A stretch of 39,998 nt of DNA, taken from an uncultured Bacteroidales bacterium (lineage in GTDB: Bacteria; Bacteroidota; Bacteroidia; Bacteroidales; JAEINX01). Where the stretch lies: positions 1-39,998 of the forward strand of contig CAZBSL010000002.1 in the NCBI GenBank assembly GCA_964494265.1, read 5' to 3'. Below, in pieces: positions 7,823-17,564 of the stretch. Under the pieces are notes generated by a model. It saw only the letters and a program-made list of their open reading frames with translations, was not told the DNA's origin and did no database searches. Each line of letters opens with the position of its first letter. Within the stretch, counting starts at the first letter, position 1. A program made the translations under genes and the position numbers.

Positions 7823-10800
7823 ATGAAGTGGAAAATTCCAATTATATATATATCAATAGCTATCTTACCTTTTTTTGCAATTTCTCAGGAAAAGAGTGAT
7901 CTAAAAAAAATCGAATGGACAGGTATTGAAAATAATTACTATTCGATAGAAGATTCTTATGAGCGAATTTCTTTTTCAGGTGCGGCTTACATTCCTGAAA
8001 CAAATATTTTGCCTTCTTATTTTAATAGAGTCTTATTGAATTCGGCAAATGATGAAATTAAGGTTTCTTTGAGAAATAAAATTTTTGAAGAAGCAAATGC
8101 CGATGAAGTAAAATTATTGCAGGAAGCCAATTTTAATGATAATGAAATTCAAATTTCAACATCATTATTAATGGAGCGAAAAATTCCTTATGCAGGTATT
8201 ACATTTATTCCAATAAGGAAAGATTCTTTAACCGGAAAATTCGAAAAACTTGTTTCCTTTAAATTTAATATCCGGATTATTGAAAATCTCAGCCCGGTAT
8301 TAAAATCAGGTTTAAGAGTATATCCTGATAATTCAGTACTTGCAAGTGGTGATTGGTATAAACTTGGAGTTGAATCATCAGGGATGTATAAAATTTCTTA
8401 TGAGGTTTTATCAAGCATGGGAATTAACCCAAGCTCAATTAATCCTAAAAATATAAAAATTTATGGTAATGGTGGCGGAATGCTACCTGAAAACAATAGT
8501 GTTTTCAGATATAATGATTTGCAGGAAAATTCTATCATTGTTGTTGGTGAAAATGATGGTAGTTTTGACCCAAGTGATTATATTTTATTTTATGCCGAAT
8601 CCTCAGATGAGTGGGTTTATGAAAATATTCAATTTAGGTTTGAACATGAAGTGAATCTTTATTCCGATTTGAATTATTATTTTCTTACGATTGCAAATGA
8701 AGCGGGAAATCGAATAGCAATGCAACAGCAATCCTCATTACCCTATACCCACCAAGCAGATGAGTTTTTGGATTATCAGTCGCATGAAGTCGAAGAATAC
8801 AATCTTATAAAATCAGGGAAAGATTGGTTTGGTGAAAAATTTGAGAACATTACTTCTTATGAGTTTCCTTTTACCTTTCCAAATATAATTAATAATGCTA
8901 AAGTTGATTTACTTTACCGTGTTGTAGCACGGTCTAAAAAAACAAGTTCTTTTAAAATATTTGCGAATGGAAATTTAGTTAAGAAAGAGGATATTAATCC
9001 CATTTCAGATGCACCATTTAGTACTTATGCTTTATACAAGACAGGTTCTGACACTTTTAATACATCCGGTTCCACAAACATTATTGAAATTTCTTATACG
9101 AAAACTGAACCTACATCAGTTGGCTGGCTTGATTATATTGAACTTAACGCAAAAAGAAATTTGATTTTTACAGGCGGCCAAATGAGTTTCAGTAATCCTT
9201 ATTCAATTGGAAACAATAAAGTTACTGAGTTTGAAATAAGAAATGCTACACAGTCGGTTAAAGTTCTCAATATAACCGATCCTCTTGAGCCGAAAATGAT
9301 AAATGCATCATCATCAGGGAATAATTTAATATTTAAGCTTGCTACCGACTCACTCCTACAGTTTATTGCTTATGATGGTAGTTCATATTTTTCAATTTCA
9401 AATTTTGAGAAAATCGCAAATCAAAATCTGCATGGACTTGGAAACATAGACATGCTAATTATTCATCCACAGGAATTTCTTTCTGAAGCCGAACGATTAG
9501 CTCAATTTCATAGAGATATTGATAATTACGAGGTTTATAACGTTACTCCACAGAAAATTTATAACGAATTTTCTTCGGGAAGACAAGATGTTACAGCTAT
9601 TAAAGATTTTATTAAAATGTTTTACGATAGGGCCGAGCAGGGTGATGAAATAAAATATGTAATATTTTTTGGTGATGCTTCTTATGATTACAAAGACCGA
9701 ATAATTGACAATACTAATTTAGTTCCAACCTGGGAAACCGTATCATCATTAAAACCTATCACTTCAATTGCATCTGACGATTATTTTGCATTTCTTGATG
9801 ATAATGAAGGAACCGGATCATCTGGTCTTCTTGATGTTTCTCTTGGCCGTTTTCCTGTTGATAATTTAGATGATATTAAAAAGCTTGTTGATAAAACGTT
9901 TCTATATGTTGAAAACAACCTTGATAATATGGGCGACTGGCGAAATGTTGCCTGTTTTGTTGCTGATGATGAGGAAAGTAACAGGCATTTTAATTCTTGT
10001 GAAAAAGTTTCGAAATATCTGACAAGCCTGACTAAAAATTTAAATATTGATAAAATATATTTGGATGCATATCCTGAGGTTTCTACTCCCGGTGGAGAAC
10101 GCTATCCGGAAGTTACTGAGGCGATTAATGACCGAATGGAAAAAGGTAATCTGATTATGAATTACATGGGGCATGGTGGAGAAGTTGGTTGGGCACATGA
10201 AAGAGTCTTAAATGTTTCAGATATTATAAATTGGAAAAATATTGATAAACTTTCTGTTTTTATTACAGCTACTTGTGAATTTAGTAGGTATGATGACCCT
10301 GAACGTATTTCAGCCGGTGAACTTGTTTTTATTAATCCAAATGGTGGAGCCGTTTCTATGTTTACAACGGCCCGGCCTACAATTATTAGCGGAAACATAA
10401 TTATTAATATGGCAATATACAAATATGTATTTGATACTCAGGGCAACACATATAAAAATTTCGGAGACATAATGCGCCATTCAAAAAATCAAGATGGTAT
10501 TAGTAATACTGATATGATGTATATTTTATTTGGTGATCCCGCAATAGGATTTGCTTTACCGAAATATTCAATTAAAACTGCAAAGATCAACAATGGTTCA
10601 ATTACAGATATTCCCGATACCTTAAAAGCATTATCCAAAATGTCAGTCGAAGGAAGCCTTTTTGATAATAATGGTAATAAATTGAATAATTATTCAGGTA
10701 TTCTTTTTCCGATTGTTTATGACAAACCAACTGAAATTATCACACTTGGACAGGGCAGCCAGCAAGAGTCTTTTTATCTGCAGAATAGTATTCTTTACAA

Positions 10801-11641
10801 AGGCAAAGCGGAAGTTGAAAACGGAGATTTTAGTTTCTCTTTTGTAGTTCCCAAAGACATTGCTTATAATTATGGTTTTGGAAGAATAAGTTATTATGCT
10901 AATAGTGATGATGGTAGCGATGCATGCGGATATTATGATAGTATAGTTGTCGGTGGAAATTCCACTAAAATTATACCTGATTCTAAAGGCCCTAAAATCG
11001 AGCTTTTTATGAATGACGAAAATTTTGTTTTCGGGGGATTAACCAATCAGGATCCTAAGCTGCTTGCTTTTGTTACCGACTCTACCGGGATTAATACGGT
11101 TGGTAACGGTATTGGCCATGATATTGTAGCAATTCTCGATAATAATACCGAAAATCAAATTGTTTTGAACGAATATTATGAGTCGGATATTAACAGTTAT
11201 CAGAAAGGAAGTATTGTCTATCCGTTTAGAAATCTAAGTAATGGGCATCATACTTTAAATTTAAAAGTTTGGGATGTTAATAATAATTCATCAAAAGCAT
11301 ATACCGAATTTATAGTAGCTGAATCTGAGGCTATGGTTCTTGAAAACCTTTTGAATTATCCTAATCCGTTCAAAGACAAAACTTCATTTGTTTTTGAACA
11401 TAATCAAGCAAATAGTGATTTGAAGGTTGAAATTCAAATATTTTCACTATCAGGGAAATTGGTTAAAACAATAACTACTAATTTGAATACTACCGGATTC
11501 AAGTCGAAACCAATTGAATGGCATGGCAACTCTGATAATGGTGCCCCTATTGCCAAAGGATTGTATGTTTATAAAATAAAAGTTTCAGATTTTAATGGAA
11601 AAAGTTCTGAAAAAGTTGAAAAACTAATAATCTTGAAATAA
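7823..11641 (+). CDS. porU: Type IX secretion system sortase PorU (C25-like peptidase), copy 1
   Basis: The ATG at 7823 gives MKWKIPIIYISIAILPFFAISQ as the signal peptide. The protein has C25-type His and Cys blocks (NYMGHGGEVGW, FITATCEFSRYD), FGDASYDYKDR, and a retained CTD-like tail (LLNYPNPFKDKTSF...). porV lies downstream in the same operon-like run. Confidence 0.8.
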   Translation: MKWKIPIIYISIAILPFFAISQEKSDLKKIEWTGIENNYYSIEDSYERISFSGAAYIPETNILPSYFNRVLLNSANDEIKVSLRNKIFEEANADEVKLLQEANFNDNEIQISTSLLMERKIPYAGITFIPIRKDSLTGKFEKLVSFKFNIRIIENLSPVLKSGLRVYPDNSVLASGDWYKLGVESSGMYKISYEVLSSMGINPSSINPKNIKIYGNGGGMLPENNSVFRYNDLQENSIIVVGENDGSFDPSDYILFYAESSDEWVYENIQFRFEHEVNLYSDLNYYFLTIANEAGNRIAMQQQSSLPYTHQADEFLDYQSHEVEEYNLIKSGKDWFGEKFENITSYEFPFTFPNIINNAKVDLLYRVVARSKKTSSFKIFANGNLVKKEDINPISDAPFSTYALYKTGSDTFNTSGSTNIIEISYTKTEPTSVGWLDYIELNAKRNLIFTGGQMSFSNPYSIGNNKVTEFEIRNATQSVKVLNITDPLEPKMINASSSGNNLIFKLATDSLLQFIAYDGSSYFSISNFEKIANQNLHGLGNIDMLIIHPQEFLSEAERLAQFHRDIDNYEVYNVTPQKIYNEFSSGRQDVTAIKDFIKMFYDRAEQGDEIKYVIFFGDASYDYKDRIIDNTNLVPTWETVSSLKPITSIASDDYFAFLDDNEGTGSSGLLDVSLGRFPVDNLDDIKKLVDKTFLYVENNLDNMGDWRNVACFVADDEESNRHFNSCEKVSKYLTSLTKNLNIDKIYLDAYPEVSTPGGERYPEVTEAINDRMEKGNLIMNYMGHGGEVGWAHERVLNVSDIINWKNIDKLSVFITATCEFSRYDDPERISAGELVFINPNGGAVSMFTTARPTIISGNIIINMAIYKYVFDTQGNTYKNFGDIMRHSKNQDGISNTDMMYILFGDPAIGFALPKYSIKTAKINNGSITDIPDTLKALSKMSVEGSLFDNNGNKLNNYSGILFPIVYDKPTEIITLGQGSQQESFYLQNSILYKGKAEVENGDFSFSFVVPKDIAYNYGFGRISYYANSDDGSDACGYYDSIVVGGNSTKIIPDSKGPKIELFMNDENFVFGGLTNQDPKLLAFVTDSTGINTVGNGIGHDIVAILDNNTENQIVLNEYYESDINSYQKGSIVYPFRNLSNGHHTLNLKVWDVNNNSSKAYTEFIVAESEAMVLENLLNYPNPFKDKTSFVFEHNQANSDLKVEIQIFSLSGKLVKTITTNLNTTGFKSKPIEWHGNSDNGAPIAKGLYVYKIKVSDFNGKSSEKVEKLIILK

Positions 11642-11642
11642 A

Positions 11643-14600
11643 ATGCCAAAATTATATCAAATAATCCTATCACTTTTCTTTTTGCCTGTTTTGGTTTTTT
11701 CGCAGAATCTTAATAGAAATATAAAATGGGAAAATCCGGAAAAATTAATAATTTCAGAAGATCAATTTATTGAAGTATTGGTTTTTGAAAATGCAATTTT
11801 TAAAGACGATGCAGGTTTCTTACCATTTTATTTTGAAAGATTCAAGCTTGATTCAAAAGATACTGAAATTAAATTTGAGTTGAATAATATTGTTTTTGAT
11901 GAACTTACGGAAATAGATATTTTAAAAAGCGAAGATATTGGAAATATTTCTAATGAAATTATAATTAATTCGGATATCTCGGTTGGCAGGGGAATGCATT
12001 TTGCCTGTCTTTCATTTTGTCCGATACGTAAAAACCCCGTTTCGAGAAAATTTGAAAAAGTTATTTCTTTTGAAATTCAAAAAAAAATAATCCAAAAACA
12101 AAGCTGTAAAAACCCTCAAAAAAGCAGAACTTATACTGATCATTCTGTACTAAGCACAGGTAACTGGTATAAAATTAGAGCTAAAAATTATGGTATTCAT
12201 AAAATCTCATACGATGATCTGATTTCAATGGGAATGGATGTTGCTTCTATAAATCCACGTGATTTAAGAATTTATGGAAATGGAACGGGCATGTTACCCG
12301 AAGCAAACAGCGAGTTCAGAATTGATGATTTACTTGAAAATACTATTAAAGTTATAGGCGAAGAAGACGGATCATTTGATGAAGATGATTATATTTTATT
12401 TTATGCCGAATCTCAGATAAAATGGAATTACGAAGAAATGCAAAAAAGATTTGAACATTCTAAAAATCTTTATTCCGATTATACACATTATTTTATTACG
12501 GCAGACTTAGGACCCGGAAAACGGATTCAAATAATAGAATCAATTATTGCCCAACCTACAGATTATGTTACTACTTTTAGTGATTACGCTTATCATGAGG
12601 AAGACTTTGAAAATGTTATCAATTCAGGGAAGAAGTGGCTTGGTGAAAGATTTGAAAGCCAACTTTCTTATGAATTTCCTTTTAATTTCCCGAATATCTG
12701 TACCGATGTTGAAGTACAAGTGAAAATGCTTATGGTCGCTCACTCATTCGAGTATAGCTATTTTAACTTCTTTTTAAATGGAGAAGAAAAATATGAAATG
12801 AGAATCAATTCACTTGCAAATACAAGTAATACTTATGGTTTTTCAGTAGAAAAGAAATTTTCATATTTTCCCGATGATTCATTAAATGTTTTTACTGTAA
12901 CCTATGATCACCCAGCTTCATCTTCAATTGGTTGGATGGATTATATGTATATTAATTTGCGGCGTCATCTTAAGTTTTGCGGAAGCCAATTAAGGTTTCG
13001 AGATATTAATTCATTTGGTAATGGAAAAATTGCAAGGTTTAGATTGACGGATGCCTCGGATGTTGTAAGTATTTGGGATGTAAGTCGTATTGATAGTGTT
13101 ATGGAAATTAATGCCGATTTAAATAATGATTCCCTCGTTTTTACTCTGTCAACTGATTCATTACGCCAGTTTGTTGCTTTCGATGGGAGTTTTTATTATT
13201 CGCCAGAATTTGTTGAAAAACTTGATAACCAGGATTTACACGCAACTTCTAATGTTGATTATATTATTGTGTCTCATCCCGATTTCCTTGATCAAGCAAA
13301 TTGGATAGGCGATTTTCATCTTGAAAATGATGATTTATCATATATAGTTGCCACCCCGAATCAAATTTATAATGAATTTTCGTCGGGATCACAGGATATT
13401 TCTGCAATTCGCGACTTCGTTAAAATGATTTATGATAGAGCTCCGGAAGATCAAAAACCCAAATATCTTCTTTTGTTTGGTGATGGTTCCTATGATTATA
13501 AAAACAGAATTGATATTTTTTCAAATTTCGTCCCAACTTTTCAAGCATTGGAATCTTTAAGAGAAGTACAATCTTATGTTTGTGATGATTTTTTTGGAAT
13601 CCTCGACGATAATGAAGGACAAAATGCGAACGGTACCTTAGATATTGGTGTTGGCAGGATGCCGGTTAACACAACTGAAGAGGCTAATAATGTAATTAGC
13701 AAAATCCAAATCTATACATCTGAAACTCAGGATGTTATGGGTGATTGGCGAAACCGAATTTGTTTTGTTGCTGATGATGAAGGTAAAAATGCTTATTTCA
13801 ATCATGCTGAAGAGTTAAATGATATCATTCAAGCGGAACAAGATGTATTGAATGTAAATAAAATTTACTTAGATGCCTTTAAGCAAATTAAAGGAAATTA
13901 TGGTGAAAGATATCCTGAAGTCAATAAAGCAATAAATGAGCAAGTTGAAGAAGGTGCTTTTATTATTGATTATATCGGCCATGGTAGCGAAGTGGGTTGG
14001 TCGGATGAACATGTTCTGGAAATTTCAGACATTGTTAATTGGAATAATATTAACAAGCTTCCAATGTTTATGACGGCTACATGCGAATTTAGCCGGTATG
14101 ATAATCCGGGCATGAAATCGGCAGGTGAAATTATGTTTTTAAGCCCAAGTGGAGGTGCAATAGCTTTAATAACAACAACTCGACTGGCTTTCTCAACTTT
14201 TAATCAACATTTGAATAAAAGGTTTATTAGTTATGTTTATAAACAAAACAATGGTGAGTATTATACAATTGGCGATATCTATAGATTATCTAAAACTCCT
14301 CAAATTAGTAATGCAAGAAATATTACATTGTTTGGGGATCCTGCCTTGAAATTGGCTTATCCGAAATATAAAATTTCTACAAGCTTTATTAATAACGTTC
14401 CTATTTCTGAATTTGATGACACTTTAAAAGCTTTCTCAAAAGTTACTATCAAAGGAATTATTGAAAATGATGGACAAAAAGTCAGCAATTTCAATGGAAA
14501 CATTTTTCCGATAGTTTATGATAAACCTACTATTAATAAGACGCTTGGGAATAATTCGGACAGCTATCCGAGAGAGTTTTTGTTAAGGAATAAAATTTTG

Positions 14601-15437
14601 TATAAAGGACAATGCATAGTAACAAATGGCGAATTTTCATTTACTTTTGTTGTACCCGACTATCTTACACCTCAATATGGCTTTGGGTTAATCAGCTATT
14701 ATGCTCATAATGATTTTATTGATGCAAGTGGCTCAGAGCAGGAAATAATAATGGGAGGAGTCGATCATTCTGCACCTGTCGATGTTTTCGGACCCGATAT
14801 TTCAATGTATCTCGAAAAAGATGATTTTGTTTCAGGTGATGTTACAAGTGATAATCCAATTATGTATGTTTCTGTTTTTGATGAAAACGGTATAAATCTA
14901 TCCGGCGATGGTTTTGGAAGAGATATTGTTGCCGTTTTGGATGATGATTACAGACAACAAATAATTTTAAATGAATACTTTTTTCCTAATCCCGATTCCT
15001 ATCAGTCAGGAAAAATTGTTTATCCTTTTACAAATTTGTCCTACGGTGAACATAAAATAAATTTCAAAGTATGGGATGTTTGCGGAAATTCTTCAGAAAT
15101 GAAAATAGATTTCTTTGTTGATGAAAATGCAAAACTGGTTTTAAATCACGTGATTAATCAGCCTAATCCTTTTAAAAGTTCAACAGAATTTATTTTTTAT
15201 CATAATAAAACTTTAGCAGATTATGATGTTTGCATTAAAATATTTTCGATTCGAGGACAACTTGTTAAAACTATTAATAGAAATGTTAAATCTTCCAATT
15301 TTGAAATAGAGCCTATTAAATGGGATGGAAGAAACGATACTGGCGAAAAATTGAAAAATGGAATATATATTTATAAAATCTTTGTTCAAAAAGATAATTT
15401 TATAGCTGAACAAACCCAAAAGTTGGTAATTATATAA
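11643..15437 (+). CDS. porU: Type IX secretion system sortase PorU paralogue, copy 2
   Basis: It starts 1 nt after the copy 1 stop. It is colinear with copy 1 over its whole length (for example YILFYAES, FGDGSYDYKNR, DYIGHGSEVGW, FMTATCEFSRYD, INQPNPFKSSTEF). porV follows directly. Confidence 0.8.
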   Translation: MPKLYQIILSLFFLPVLVFSQNLNRNIKWENPEKLIISEDQFIEVLVFENAIFKDDAGFLPFYFERFKLDSKDTEIKFELNNIVFDELTEIDILKSEDIGNISNEIIINSDISVGRGMHFACLSFCPIRKNPVSRKFEKVISFEIQKKIIQKQSCKNPQKSRTYTDHSVLSTGNWYKIRAKNYGIHKISYDDLISMGMDVASINPRDLRIYGNGTGMLPEANSEFRIDDLLENTIKVIGEEDGSFDEDDYILFYAESQIKWNYEEMQKRFEHSKNLYSDYTHYFITADLGPGKRIQIIESIIAQPTDYVTTFSDYAYHEEDFENVINSGKKWLGERFESQLSYEFPFNFPNICTDVEVQVKMLMVAHSFEYSYFNFFLNGEEKYEMRINSLANTSNTYGFSVEKKFSYFPDDSLNVFTVTYDHPASSSIGWMDYMYINLRRHLKFCGSQLRFRDINSFGNGKIARFRLTDASDVVSIWDVSRIDSVMEINADLNNDSLVFTLSTDSLRQFVAFDGSFYYSPEFVEKLDNQDLHATSNVDYIIVSHPDFLDQANWIGDFHLENDDLSYIVATPNQIYNEFSSGSQDISAIRDFVKMIYDRAPEDQKPKYLLLFGDGSYDYKNRIDIFSNFVPTFQALESLREVQSYVCDDFFGILDDNEGQNANGTLDIGVGRMPVNTTEEANNVISKIQIYTSETQDVMGDWRNRICFVADDEGKNAYFNHAEELNDIIQAEQDVLNVNKIYLDAFKQIKGNYGERYPEVNKAINEQVEEGAFIIDYIGHGSEVGWSDEHVLEISDIVNWNNINKLPMFMTATCEFSRYDNPGMKSAGEIMFLSPSGGAIALITTTRLAFSTFNQHLNKRFISYVYKQNNGEYYTIGDIYRLSKTPQISNARNITLFGDPALKLAYPKYKISTSFINNVPISEFDDTLKAFSKVTIKGIIENDGQKVSNFNGNIFPIVYDKPTINKTLGNNSDSYPREFLLRNKILYKGQCIVTNGEFSFTFVVPDYLTPQYGFGLISYYAHNDFIDASGSEQEIIMGGVDHSAPVDVFGPDISMYLEKDDFVSGDVTSDNPIMYVSVFDENGINLSGDGFGRDIVAVLDDDYRQQIILNEYFFPNPDSYQSGKIVYPFTNLSYGEHKINFKVWDVCGNSSEMKIDFFVDENAKLVLNHVINQPNPFKSSTEFIFYHNKTLADYDVCIKIFSIRGQLVKTINRNVKSSNFEIEPIKWDGRNDTGEKLKNGIYIYKIFVQKDNFIAEQTQKLVII

Positions 15438-15557
15438 AAAATTATTCCAAAATTTAAATGCAATATTTAAAAATTATCTTCGTTATTTTGCTATCCAAAA
15501 AAATAGAGATATTTATCAATAAAATACATAAGAAAATCAAATCTTAATCTTACAAAA

Positions 15558-16763
15558 ATGAATAAAAGAAATTTTAAAATGAATTATAAAATCTTAGTTG
15601 TAATCGCTCTAATTTTTGCAATGTTCACAGGCCGTGCTCAAAATAGTGATTACGTTGGCCGTGATTTGAATACAATTACTACAGCTGTTCCTTTCTTGTT
15701 AATTGCCCCCGATGCCCGAGCAGGAGCTATGGGAGATGCAGGAGTAGCTTCAACACCTGATGCAAACTCAATGCATTGGAATCCCGCTAAATATGCTTTT
15801 ATTGATAATAAAATGGGATTCTCGGTGTCTTATAGTCCATGGCTAAGGGCTTTAGTGAACGATATCAACCTTGCTTATGTTTCGGGTTACTATCGAATTG
15901 ACGATAGACAAGTGATTGGAGCTTCATTACTATATTTTTCTCTCGGTGATATTACTTTTACAAATGTAGAGGGAGGACGAATAGGTGATTACAAACCAAG
16001 TGAGTTTTCAATTGATGCTACATATTCCAGAAAATTATCTGAAAAATTATCAGGTGCAATTTCAGCCCGTTACATTAATTCAAACCTAACACAAGGACAG
16101 TATGTTGGAGGAGTTGCAACTCATCCCGGAAACTCTATTGCTGCTGATGTTGCAGTTTATTGGCAGGATGATATTGTTCTTGGAAATATGGATGGTAAAT
16201 TTGCCTGGGGTGTCAATATTTCAAATATCGGATCAAAAATTTCTTATTCCGATAATGAAATAAAAGAATTTATTCCTACAAATCTTCGTATTGGGCCATC
16301 TTTAACCCTTGAATTAGATGATTATAATACATTATCTTTTATGCTTGATATAAACAAACTCTTGGTTCCGACACCTCCGATTTACGATATTGATTCTACA
16401 ACCGGATTACCTGTTTACAAAAATGGCAAACCGGTTATACTTGAAGGTAAAGACCCTGATGTTTCCGTAATTTCAGGTATGATACAATCATTTTATGATG
16501 CTCCCGGAGGATTTAGCGAAGAAATGCGTGAATTTAGCTTTTCACTTGGCGCCGAATATTGGTACGATAAACAATTTGCTTTAAGAGGTGGTTTCTTTTA
16601 TGAAGATAAATCAAAAGGAAATCGTAAATATTTTACACTCGGTGCAGGTTTAAGGTATAATGTGTTTGGATTGGATTTTGCTTATTTGATTCCTCTCGAA
16701 CAACATAATCCATTGGAGAACACGCTTCGTTTTTCTTTGCTGTTTAATTTTGATGCCTTCTAA
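15558..16763 (+). CDS. porV: Type IX secretion system outer-membrane shuttle/channel protein PorV (LptO)
   Basis: It has the signal peptide plus the family-typical ITTAVPFLLIAPDARAGAMGDAGVA block, a beta-barrel-like sequence, and sits immediately downstream of porU. The start could instead be Met8 at 15579. Confidence 0.85.
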   Translation: MNKRNFKMNYKILVVIALIFAMFTGRAQNSDYVGRDLNTITTAVPFLLIAPDARAGAMGDAGVASTPDANSMHWNPAKYAFIDNKMGFSVSYSPWLRALVNDINLAYVSGYYRIDDRQVIGASLLYFSLGDITFTNVEGGRIGDYKPSEFSIDATYSRKLSEKLSGAISARYINSNLTQGQYVGGVATHPGNSIAADVAVYWQDDIVLGNMDGKFAWGVNISNIGSKISYSDNEIKEFIPTNLRIGPSLTLELDDYNTLSFMLDINKLLVPTPPIYDIDSTTGLPVYKNGKPVILEGKDPDVSVISGMIQSFYDAPGGFSEEMREFSFSLGAEYWYDKQFALRGGFFYEDKSKGNRKYFTLGAGLRYNVFGLDFAYLIPLEQHNPLENTLRFSLLFNFDAF

Positions 16764-16765
16764 TA

Positions 16766-17242
16766 ATGAGTTTCAGGATTGGCCAGGGTTATGATGTTCA
16801 TCGTTTAGCCGAAGGACATGACTTATGGCTCGGCGGAATAATAATACCACATTCTAAAGGTGCTGTCGGACATTCCGATGCCGATGTTTTAATTCATGCA
16901 ATTTGTGATGCATTGCTCGGTGCCGCAAACCTCAGAGATATCGGATACCATTTTTCCGATAAGTCTCCTGAATTTGAAAACATCGACAGCAAAATCCTTC
17001 TAAAAAAAGTTGTCGAATTAATTTCCAAAAATGAGTATAAAATAATAAATATTGACTCAACAATTTGTCTTGAAAAGCCAAAACTCTCCCAATATATTCC
17101 TTTAATGAAAAAAACGCTTGCCGAAGTTATTTCAGTTCCCGAGGATAGTGTTTCAATTAAAGCAACTACTACCGAAAAATTAAGCTTCGTTGGTAAAGAA
17201 AAAGGAATTTCGGCTTATGCAATTGCTTTAATTGGAAAATAA
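16766..17242 (+). CDS. ispF: 2-C-methyl-D-erythritol 2,4-cyclodiphosphate synthase
   Basis: RIGQGYDVHRL ... GHSDADVLIHAICDALLGA are canonical IspF motifs. The length is 158 aa. Confidence 0.9.
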   Translation: MSFRIGQGYDVHRLAEGHDLWLGGIIIPHSKGAVGHSDADVLIHAICDALLGAANLRDIGYHFSDKSPEFENIDSKILLKKVVELISKNEYKIINIDSTICLEKPKLSQYIPLMKKTLAEVISVPEDSVSIKATTTEKLSFVGKEKGISAYAIALIGK

Positions 17243-17564
17243 GATGTCGGATACTTTGCAAATCGTTTCCTATGTTATTATTTTATTTTGAAAAGGTTTA
17301 ATATCCGAGCTCAGTATTTTATACGATACTATTTATAATCAATCGCATTCATAGTTTAAAAACTTTAACCCAAAATTGAGTATCCATCCGGATTTCCTTC
17401 GGTCGTTGGAGTGTTTGAATAATGGGAAGGTGTCATAATATCTGGTAATTACATTTACAATATTCCACTACTCCTCTCGATGGCCATCTGGACCAAATAT
17501 ACCTTTTAGATATATCATTTGGCATATGATTTTATCAAATTATCATTGTTACTGATTTCTGTGA

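Noticed and set aside
17243-17564. Slightly GC-richer stretch between ispF and the C25 gene that might be a gene remnant
   Set aside because: All six frames are broken by stops within ~40 codons, and I recognise no family signature. It is left unannotated.
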